In this document: in pieces, positions 1-9,361 of the stretch
Numbering within the stretch: position 1 is the stretch's first letter
How the letters are laid out: each line of letters begins with the position of its first letter
NCBI GenBank assembly: GCA_965637545.1
Contig: OZ281495.1
Location: 21,824,001 to 21,888,000 of the forward strand
Direction: 5' to 3'
Source of the DNA: Phallusia mammillata
Taxonomy: Eukaryota
Length of the DNA: 64,000 nt
Made by a program: the position numbers and the translations under genes
The notes under the pieces: generated by a model
Told to the model about the DNA's origin: nothing
Databases searched by the model: none
What the model saw: only the letters and a program-made list of their open reading frames with translations

Positions 1-964
1 CGTTCTGTGTCCTTAGTGCGTCTTGTCATAACTCTTCGGGGAAAGCACAATACGTGTAGGCGTCTTTTGTTGCCAGGGCCACAGTGCCTTTTTTCGGCGT
101 TGAGACCTTTCTCTGTATTTGAGCTACGCCTCAGTTACGACACCCGATGACCAAAGTTTTTACAAATGCAACACAACCGAAACAAAGTTTGAAGTAAACC
201 AATACGTTTTTTTTATAGAAGTTTTGTTCTTTCATTTCAAATGTAAATTAGAACAAAAGCATTTCGCTTCAATATCGACTCGCCTGATCATCACAAAATA
301 ATTCGTTTTTTATGATATGTAAACATTTCCTATTTTGTGAAAACATAAAAAAAGAAGTTTTTTGGAAAACAAGTTTGCGTATTTCAAGCTTAATAACGAG
401 GTCGTTATGTAGGTCGTCATAATTAATTATGACATTCAGTTAAACTTGAGCAAAATCAGCAATGCTACAAATAACATTCATGTAAAAACAAACAAAAAAC
501 GGTAAATCTACACTACTCACAACCTCTGCGGACAGTTCAGTGTATTTCCGGAAAATTATCTCCAAACGGATCACACATCGCTGGAAGATGGTCAAGGTCC
601 GCTTGGGGCTTAAAGTGTTATTTGCCACCATTGAACAAATATATGTGTGCAGGAATTACACAGCAAAGTATTGTTAAGTTAATTCCATTGTGATCAACAA
701 TGGGTTTTGTTTTGCACAAATAAACGTGGTACAAGTCGAGTGTGTGAATACAGCACGCCTCAATGAAATGACATTAATAATTTAAAGCAGTACGCAATAT
801 AAAACCCATTAATTTTTTATTATGAGATAAAACATAACCCCTTTTTCAGACACAAAAAAATTTACTTTGGTGAATATTTCATATTTGAATTTCATCATCG
901 CTGAAGATAAACAAGTTGAATTTGAATACGACCGACTTTTTTGAGTTAATTTAGTGCGTTTATC

Positions 965-2980
965 ATGAGACGTAGGTCAGCAAGTTACGTCACCATTGAC
1001 GAGCCTAGAAAGAAGAAAAATGCACAGCGAATAGGTAACCTTGTAAGATACGGAAACGCAGTCTTCCAAATACATGAACTAAAAGAAGACACTCGTCTTT
1101 GTAAAGCATTGGAGGTAGGTACGGTAGATCACAAGTTTCCGCAAAACATGACTTCATTAAATGTCGTTGCAGGTGACAGCTATAATTTCAGTTGTGTTCC
1201 TGGCTTACTACTCTTATTATTACTACGAATCGTTGCATTTCCACGTTGCCAAGGGATATGCGCACCTGGGCTACGCATCAGCTCAACATGTAGTCGGTCA
1301 AAGGTATCTAACTGGACGTGGCATCAATAAAAACGAAACTTTGGCGATGAAGTGGTTCAAGTAAGTACACATGTTCGCCATAGTCTTAATTCTAAGTCAA
1401 CTAACATGTTTTGTTCACCCTTAGAACCAGGGAGTCGAACCGCTTGTCATACGGGTTCAGGTTCGGTTCGCGTTCACTTCGTTTTGTTTTTAAGGGTTCG
1501 GTTCAGGTTTTTAAAAATGTGTATTTTCGGGTTCGGGTTTTGTTCCGGTTTGGGCAAATTATCCGGTCCGAACCGGTTTGCGGTTTTTAAACCGGTTCAA
1601 ACTTTCATTCGTTTCAATTTAATTCTACCTATCAACTTCCCCGCTCTTATCAAACCCCACAAGATTTTTGACCGTTTTGACCACATTTAGTTATTTTTGA
1701 CACGCCCTATAAGTGTTATCTCGCGTATTCTTAAGTACGCTATTTTGAAAAAAAACGCAAAATATAAAACAGACTGCATTTTTTACTGGTTCAGTTCCGG
1801 TTCGGATCCAACGCCAAACAAAACATAGGGTTCAACTCCGGTTCGGGTTTTTAGAAAATCGTAATTAGCGGTTCGGGTTCGGGTTTAATGAAATTAACCG
1901 CTCAAACCGGTTCGCGGGTTCGGGTTCAGTTCCGGTTCGACTCCCTGCTTAGAACAGTGGTTCTCTAACTTACTAATTTTTTTTGTCATAACGGTCGCTT
2001 AGCAATATTCCCGAGCACTCGCGGTGCAAGCAAAATATATTTATGTATAACTTAAAATAAATTTGCAATACAAAACCTGAAGTTAACAACTAAATTTATT
2101 CCTTGCGAAAATATTTCCACAACATTCCTTCCGGATAATTTAGTTTCGTAAGATTACCTCACGTGGGAATGTTTTTATGACGTCTTAAACACCACTAAAA
2201 CAACAATAAAATTGTATGCAAACAATTGGTGTTTTTCGTAACTTGAAAATATAGTCAAGAACCGACACCAGCAGACTCCTTTAGTCCCAGTATTTAATAT
2301 AACATTAGATTGTAGAAACACTTTCAGCTTCTCACGATCCCTCTGAAATCGTTTGGCACACTCCTAAGGACCGAGGAGCTCAGTTTGAGAACCGCTGGTA
2401 CAGAACGAACCATGACAAAATGGACAAGCAATCGATAGTGCCTGTACACAGTGTTTTTTTAAGGTGTTTCTCCAGCGGTTTCCCAAAATTTAGACTTGCA
2501 ACTACAACTACAGTTTTTGGTATTTAAATGAAACACTTGCGCTCTCTTAAAACTACTTAGCGGTCACCCAAACCAAACCTTAAAAAAACCTGCCTGTACA
2601 TACTAATGGAGCAAACCATGCTTTGTTGTGTCCAATGTTTTCTTTTACCAAGCGAAATATACTCAACTCAACTGTGCAACAATAAGGGGAAATTAGGGCA
2701 GCTATAACCCTTTCCTTGTCGTTGTAGGCACGCGGCCAGACAAGGACACCCCGAGGCTTCATTCAATCTAGCAGTGGGGCACATTCATGGACATGCCGCT
2801 GGGCTCAAATACGGGTTTGTAAAACTTGTTGCAAGCAAGAAGTTTTTCATTTTTGAGCTTGTTAAAATGACTTTCCTTTTTAGGGAACCAACAAAACTAT
2901 TGAAGCACGCTAAAAAGCATGGAGTGAAAGAAGCTGACGACGCACTTTCATTGTGTGCCAGAAGTGGATGCGACTTGTGA
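965..2980 (+). CDS. Small Sel1-like repeat (SLR) protein with one predicted transmembrane helix, 173 aa, 4 exons
   Basis: Exons 965-1114, 1173-1360, 2728-2814 and 2884-2980 join in frame through GT-AG introns (522 nt). A hydrophobic segment VTAIISVVFLAYYSYYYY is followed by SLR motifs GYASAQHVVGQRYLTGRGINKNETLAMKWFKHAARQGHPEASFNLAVGHIHG. AATAAA at 3003-3008. Confidence 0.85.
1428..1947. mobile_element. hAT-superfamily MITE (520 bp) in Sel1 intron 2
   Basis: Perfect 15-bp TIR CAGGGAGTCGAACCG (1428-1442 / 1933-1947). Perfect 8-bp TSD CTTAGAAC (1420-1427 / 1948-1955). Many subterminal GGTTC/AACCG motifs. Confidence 0.92.
1955..2397. mobile_element. hAT (Charlie/Buster-like) MITE, older copy, in Sel1 intron 2
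   Basis: TIRs CAGTGGTTCTCTAACT (1955-1970) and AGTTTGAGAACCGCTG (2382-2397) match 14/16. The TSD is only 4/8 (ccttagaa vs gtacagaa). Confidence 0.7.
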
Positions 2981-4140
2981 TTAATCATACAATTTTACAA
3001 AAAATAAAAGCTAGCTAACATGTAAATGAAGTGTGTTACGATTTTACATCTATAAGTTCAGGTATAACATCAAAGAATTTACAGAGAGTGCACATAACGC
3101 AGGGTATAGTTTTCCATGTTTCGACCAACCGAAAAAATAGGCCCAAAAAGTGGACACACTCGAATTCAATTGCCACGTGTCGTTACCTAACATATTTTGC
3201 ACATTTGTACAGATACGTCATCATCACCTTGTTCACTGTACTCACATGCGATGTAACGATTACACGCTCACTGTATACCGCGTTTTATTCTGTTCTTCCT
3301 CAAATTAAAAAAACAACTAACTTTAAGGTTCTAACGCCATTCTAATAATCGGACAAGCTCAGACGAGCAGCAGCTTATACCGGCAAGAACTTACAGAGTT
3401 AAATATACTTTTTATATTCAGGCAAAAAGTTCGACGTCAACCTGACCAGCAACCCTACCTGATCAGCTATATATATATAGCCTATACAGTAGGACTTACT
3501 TATATAAATGTCATTAATAGTTCACACAGGTTGCAAACACTATTAGGGGGTGTTGCAATGCGACGATTCATATTTTGGTAAAAATGGTCCGGCGCTGACC
3601 CACATACAGACATAAAATTCCTGATCGGGATTCGTCTCCGGGTCCTGGGTTCGAACCTTGTGAAAAAAATCCGTATGCAGTCACCCATGCAGTCGACAAC
3701 GTTCTTCATACGTTTTAAGTTAACACCTGAAAAACTGTGGCATCAAGGTGTCGAAACAAACGCTTATGGCACGTTTAGTTTATTTGGTGTAAAAAACGCT
3801 TGTACTACGTCAGAGGTACCAGGGACTAAGCATCAGGACGTACTTTCTTTTTTGCACACCTGATTTCCATTATTATTCATGTGGATTTCTTTCATAAAAT
3901 GTTATGTCCCCGCCAAGCAGAAACCTATGGGTCCCCATGAATCTGTATTTGCTAAACGAAGCTCAGATACCTATCTGGCACGAGTGTAAATTGAGAGGTT
4001 TGAAAAAAACGACCGAAAGCTTGAGTTTGCCGATATTCGGCCAAATCAGCGACTATCTTCGAAAATTCGGTTTTGACCAAATAATTTGTTGCGATTCGAC
4101 TAAAACCGAATCTTTCAAGGTTTGCGCACATACTTTAAAG

Positions 4141-4333
4141 TAGGGCTTCTCAAAGTTTCTGAAATTTCTACGGGACCCCTCGATGGGTATAGCCTATACA
4201 CGTGAATGATGTTTAAACAATAAATTTACGCACGTATACCATTTATTGTGACAATGACATAAAAACGCATGATGTTTCGCGACCCCAAAGTTTTATTTCG
4301 ACCCGAAACCCCAACACAGTTGGAGAAGCTATG
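4141..4333. mobile_element. Degenerate hAT MITE (193 bp)
   Basis: TIRs TAGGGCTTCTCAAA and TTGGAGAAGCTATG match 10/14. Flanks CTTTAAAG (4133-4140) and CTTCAAAG (4334-4341) match 7/8. Subterminal GACCCC motifs. Confidence 0.55.
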
Positions 4334-4824
4334 CTTCAAAGCATAAGTGCCTTTTTCGCCGAATACATGCGATTCAATTATTCTATGGTAGTAGCACAAT
4401 TGTTTACTTTGGCAGCAAAACTCGAGGCCTCACAAACGATCCGTTGACTTGGCCTAATGACAAGTTTCAGCCCGCACCTAATTTAGTTGTTTTGGTGCAT
4501 CACTATAATTTAAATAAACCACACCTTTTTTCAACGAACGGAACTAATAAACTTGATTTGAACAAAACAAAGAAACAACACGTGTTTGTTAAAATAGGGA
4601 ACCTATTTCAATATTGCAACATTTAGGATTGCACCAAACGCCACTGGTTATTATGATGAAAATGATAATGACATCGAAAAATATGCGCATAATAGAAAAA
4701 CATTGAGATAAATGAAAATTATGACGCCAGATGCACGGTTCGCCGATTAAAAATGGCACTAAAAATTAGGTTAGAACCTTTAAATTAATTTAATCGCCAG
4801 AAGCCAACGTAATTGAGTTGTTGG

Positions 4825-6263
4825 TTAATCACAAACTTCTGAGGGAAGGGGAGTTCCTTCAACAGCAGCAACCGCATTTTCTACTGCCTTTCCTATCATT
4901 GCCAAACGAGCCATTTCCGTAGCACTTCCACAATGCGGTGAAATAATAACGTTGTTCATTGTTAAAAGCGGGTGGTTACGTGGCAACGGTTCAGGATCAG
5001 TCACATCCAAGGCAGCGGAATGTATTTCGCCGCAATTTAATGCTTTAACAAGAGCTTCTTGGTCGACAGTAACACCTAAATGGCACAGACATTAATTTGA
5101 TCTACACAGGTTAAAGTTAGTTAATTATCACCAAGTGTGTACACAGTAGTCGCTGATGCGCGAGTACTAGCAGCAAACTGGTACAAACTTGCACTTCCAA
5201 TCTGTTGCAACAATAGTAATGAAAGCTCACCCCTAGAGACGTTAAGCAACGTTGCAGACGTCTTCATCAATTCGAATTGCTTCCAGCCCATAATTTTCCT
5301 AGTTTCTGGTGTAACATTTACGGCAACCAATACATAATCACATAATGGTAACATTTCATTCAACGATGAGAAATATGTTGCGCCCACTTGTTCTTCATCC
5401 TTTACACTCCTATAAAATCTAAACGTTGGGCAAAGAGTTTAACAATCACAACGGTAAAACACAAACCTGCGACTGCGGTTGTTGTACAACACTTTCATGT
5501 TGAAGGCTTTTGCCCTAAAAGCAACTTTGTATCCAATACCTCCCATTCCAACAATACCTAAAGTGGTCCCAAATACACCTTTAGCCACATCATTTTTTGG
5601 AAAAAATGTGGTACTTGGTGACATTGCAAGTTTTACACCTGTTCATGAAAATGAAACAAAAAAGTGGAAACTAAATTGAAACCAATAACATACCAAACAT
5701 TAGTGTGGTAGTGACTTACCATTTATTAGGTTTCGGCCAGCTGCTAAAATTAACGCCACTGCCAGGTCTGCAACAGTTTCATCCAACACTTTAGGTGCGT
5801 TGGAAACTTTTACACCATAAGATCGGACCATTTGCACATCAATATGATTGTAACCTGCAGCAGCAACTGCTACTATTTTTAGTTTTGGAAGTCTATCTAT
5901 TAATTCTTTGGTAATCTGTTAAATTAAAGGCAATTGATTGTTACATTTTATCACCAGTTCTATTAATACTTAATATTAGGTCAAAAACAGTCAGTGATAT
6001 GTTGTAACTCTGTACAACTACATTAGTCTTTTAACAGAAACACATACACACAAAAATATTGCAAGTAACTTAAATTGTTTGGTCACCTTAGGCTGCTGGT
6101 GAATGGAAAAAATAGCCACAATTTTGTCGGAATAAACTTCGGAGTTTGAATTAAACTCTTCATTCCATACAATACTGAAATGTTTTTCAATTTCCTTAAC
6201 AAAGTTGGCTGGAACCTGATACAACTCATCTTGTGCAGAGCAAAGACAGTATGGCTTGGCCAT
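4825..6263 (-). CDS. D-isomer-specific 2-hydroxyacid dehydrogenase (glyoxylate/hydroxypyruvate reductase-like, 2-ketogluconate reductase-like), 324 aa, 5 exons
   Basis: Exons 6263-6087, 5915-5720, 5638-5467, 5409-5231 and 5075-4825 join in frame (975 nt). Rossmann motif LGIVGMGGIG; catalytic Arg (NVSRG), Glu (DPEPLP) and His (SPHCGS). Confidence 0.92.
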
Positions 6264-6835
6264 TTTGGAAATAAAACAAGATTTTATTAAACCAACCTAA
6301 AGAATAGTTTATATTGATAAAAATTAAGCACAATCCTTTTGGCATGTTGGTAAGGTAATGTCAATAATAATAAAACAATACTTAATCTTTTTAGTTTTTT
6401 TCCCATGCAACATAAATATATTTTTTAACTTTTACAGTACAAACTAAGCCATACACGTTCCATCTTTGGTAAAAAATAAGAATACCGCAATATTTCAAAA
6501 CTAACTATTCTGCATTCATAGATTTTGGCACCTGAGCACAATATTCTTTACTTCAACCCTGAGCACTTCACTCTGGATCATGGTAATTACACTGTTGTTA
6601 AAAATAAATAAAATGCAACAACAAATGAAAATTCAGGGAACATTTCCATAAGCACCACCACAAATTAAAATCTGAGAACATATAAATTAAGCAACTAGGG
6701 ATTTAAAAAATATTGCAAAACAAAACACATAAAGGTTACACAATGAAGACTGATCAGAACTTACACTTGCAGCAATCACAAATCATAAAAAGATAAAATA
6801 ATACAACCAGGCATGATCCAAATGCATGTTTTTTG

Positions 6836-8593
6836 TTAAACTGCTAAAGTTTTGGCAAATGCCTCAATCCAGATTGAAACTGCAACTGCACCAGCATCAG
6901 GCTTTGCCAACAGGTTGGAAGCAACATAGCTGGCCCTACCGGCTCTTGCTTTCATGTTGGCAGTGGATTCAGCAGCATCACAGCATGCTTTGCTGACAAC
7001 TTTTGCAACTTCCTTTGGACTGCTTTTTTTCTTGATTTGATTCTGTAAAGAAGAATGGGCAGCTGTCAGCGCATCAAGCATTGTGCGATCACCAGGCTCT
7101 GCTCCGCCATATTTGGAAACTGCATTTACCCCAGCTTGGAGACAGTCACAAATTGTAGCCATATTTAAATCCTTGGCTAATCCAGCTGCAGCAGTAAAAA
7201 ATAGGCTATATAAACCACCAGATGCACCTCCCATGGTCTCCTCAGCGCTGCTAGCTATATTTAACAAAATTTTGTCTATGGACAAAGCTTTCCAAGTTTC
7301 ACATTTATCTAGAATGTCTGTTGCCCCCCTTTTTATGGTAGAACCACAGTCACCATCACCAGCTAGTGTGTCCAACTCATTTAGTTGAACTTCATTTGCA
7401 ATCAGTGCCTGACAAGCATTGGTAATGGCTTTCAATACTGCATTTATAGTTGGATCACATGCTGCATCCACCTGCTCTTTCTGTTCTGAATCAAAATCTG
7501 CATCTTCTTTAGCTGCCAAATATAACGAAATGCTATTTATGTCATAGCCAGTGACCTGAGATTTACATAATGTAGGCCAATTCGGAGCATTCGTACTGGC
7601 ATCAAGGCATATTAAAATTTCCTCATCCAATTTCAAAATGTTTAAGTTGAAACCAGACATATCCAAAGATGTCATGAGATGGCCAAAATAAACTCTGACA
7701 ACAGTAAGTAATTTTTCCTTCAGGAAAAGAATAGCTTTTCTGGCCAAAACATGCATTTCCAAAACAGAAAGGCCTCCCAAGTTATTAAAAATCAAACTAA
7801 TTTGGTCACCTTCCTGCAACCTAATGTGACTAGCATTTTGAGGATTTGTCATGTGATTAATCATTGCAACAATAGTATCGTCAGCAGAAAGAATCTTTAG
7901 TCTTTTTATACCTGCCTCCCCATGTACCCCCAAACCAAGTTCCATTTCAGTAGGGTCCAAAACAAATGAGCTTCCACTGCCAGGAACAGAACACCCACCT
8001 AAACTGACACCAATTGTGCCCATTGCGGATGCTGCTCTTGTAGCCACTTGAACAACATAATCCAAAGACTTCCCCATTTCAGACAAGGCTCCAGCAATCT
8101 TCATAACTGCTACAATTCCTACAAGACCACGTTTACCAGCTGTTTTATCTTGACTTTCTAAAGCACAATCTTCACCAACCACCACCATCTTCACTTTTAA
8201 TTTTAAAGCCAGTGCCCTTTCAAGAGCAATACCAAAGTTCAAGCGATCTCCAGTGTAGTTGGCAACAATAAGAAGTACACCAGCGGGTGACGCAACAGCT
8301 TTGATAGCAGCTAGAATATCATTTGGGGGTGGGGATGCAAATATAGAACCAGCCACCGCAGCAGTAAGCATACCTTCACCCACAAATCCAGCAGCAAATG
8401 GCTCATGTCCAGATCCTCCTCCACAAACCAGAGAAACCAAGCCTTTTTTACGAAAATTTTCCACATCTTCACGAATCACCACCCTATGACCCTTTAACAG
8501 TCGTTGCCCAGGGTTTTGCATAGAAATGCTCTGAAGCATCTCATCCACACATTGCCCAGGATCATTCAATAACAAACGATCAACACGAGACAT
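6836..8593 (-). CDS. TKFC: Triokinase/FMN cyclase (dihydroxyacetone kinase, DAK1+DAK2), 585 aa, single coding exon
   Basis: Uninterrupted ORF from ATG 8593 (MSRVDRLLLND). DAK1 motifs GGGSGHEP, NYTGDRLNFG and GLGVHGEAG; DAK2 motifs LDTLAGDGDCG, GDRTMLDAL and GRASY. Confidence 0.95.
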   Translation of the reverse strand: MSRVDRLLLNDPGQCVDEMLQSISMQNPGQRLLKGHRVVIREDVENFRKKGLVSLVCGGGSGHEPFAAGFVGEGMLTAAVAGSIFASPPPNDILAAIKAVASPAGVLLIVANYTGDRLNFGIALERALALKLKVKMVVVGEDCALESQDKTAGKRGLVGIVAVMKIAGALSEMGKSLDYVVQVATRAASAMGTIGVSLGGCSVPGSGSSFVLDPTEMELGLGVHGEAGIKRLKILSADDTIVAMINHMTNPQNASHIRLQEGDQISLIFNNLGGLSVLEMHVLARKAILFLKEKLLTVVRVYFGHLMTSLDMSGFNLNILKLDEEILICLDASTNAPNWPTLCKSQVTGYDINSISLYLAAKEDADFDSEQKEQVDAACDPTINAVLKAITNACQALIANEVQLNELDTLAGDGDCGSTIKRGATDILDKCETWKALSIDKILLNIASSAEETMGGASGGLYSLFFTAAAGLAKDLNMATICDCLQAGVNAVSKYGGAEPGDRTMLDALTAAHSSLQNQIKKKSSPKEVAKVVSKACCDAAESTANMKARAGRASYVASNLLAKPDAGAVAVSIWIEAFAKTLAV

Positions 8594-9361
8594 TATTCTT
8601 AATGTAATAACACAAATCAATAACAAGCAATTGACACGTTACCAAAATGTCTGCAAAAAAGAAAAGTGATGTGGTTAATGGGTTATGAATCACATTATTA
8701 GTAGATAGCAAAACCCAGCAAAAAAACAATATGCTGATGCAAGATATTTTCTGGGACCTTTCCAACATTAGTTATGTAAAATTTTCCCCTCATTAGTATC
8801 AAAATAAGAGAACCAAAGTGGGACACTTGGCAATCAGCTGCAACATAATTATAAACTTCAAGGCAGCAAATAAAAAAATTCTCTATTACTGAAGTGCCCC
8901 TAAGCGCCAATTATAAATTCCATACATCTTTTAATTCGAATAGACACACACGCATGCTCTAAAAGAATTACACTCGCAGTGTAAGTGCATTCAAATTCAA
9001 ACAACAATGCAGCAAGCATACCACGTAGCTAGCGTGGTTGCTGCTGCAACTGCTCAACCGTGCAACATAACAACCGATCCAAGACGAAAAATATTGAAGA
9101 GACAGACGATGTCCGACAGAAGATTAGCGCATATTTGCCATGTGAACAAACATAAACGAACTGAGGCTTTACTTCTATATCATAACAATAATAATTTATA
9201 ACTTTGTAGTAACAAACTATTACTTTCGTACGTTTGTCGTACACATAAAATTATATCGTAACTTTAAGAATGGGCGTCAGGGTAACAACAGAAGCCATGG
9301 CATTGCTGCCTGAAGCGAAAACAGCCGATAAACTCATGTAAACGAGTTTGTGCAAAATAGT
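8594..9361. promoter_or_regulatory. Probable bidirectional promoter between TKFC (-) and the F-box gene (+)
   Basis: Head-to-head start codons about 770 bp apart. The interval from about 8935 to 9480 is CpG-rich, while both flanking gene bodies are CpG-poor. TSS positions cannot be determined from sequence. Confidence 0.6.

Noticed and set aside
440-631. Minus-strand ORF with ATG 631 and a GTGAGT donor at 520, a possible first exon of a gene leaving the window
   Set aside because: No recognisable domain, and none of the downstream acceptors I tried gave an open phase-0 exon within the window.
2473-2487. CAGCGGTTTCCCAAA, resembling a hAT TIR
   Set aside because: No partner TIR or TSD found nearby.
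3544-3862. Possible MITE/SINE (TAGGGGGTGTTGCAA...TTGCACACCTGA) containing the B-box-like GGTTCGAACC
   Set aside because: The ends align only with indels; there is no TSD, no A-box and no cloverleaf.
7083-8489. Plus-strand ORFs 7083-7388 and 8259-8489, and similar antisense ORFs over the Gdf1/3 and Bmp2/4 exons
   Set aside because: Shadows of the real coding strand with no independent motifs.
6836-8593. Horizontal transfer as the explanation for intronless TKFC
   Set aside because: Motifs and the fused DAK1-DAK2 layout look like animal TKFC; retroposition is simpler.
8594-8626. Longer TKFC start (TTG at 8626) in the ORF track
   Set aside because: Non-ATG start; the sequence is T-rich and acceptor-like, and family similarity begins at ATG 8593.
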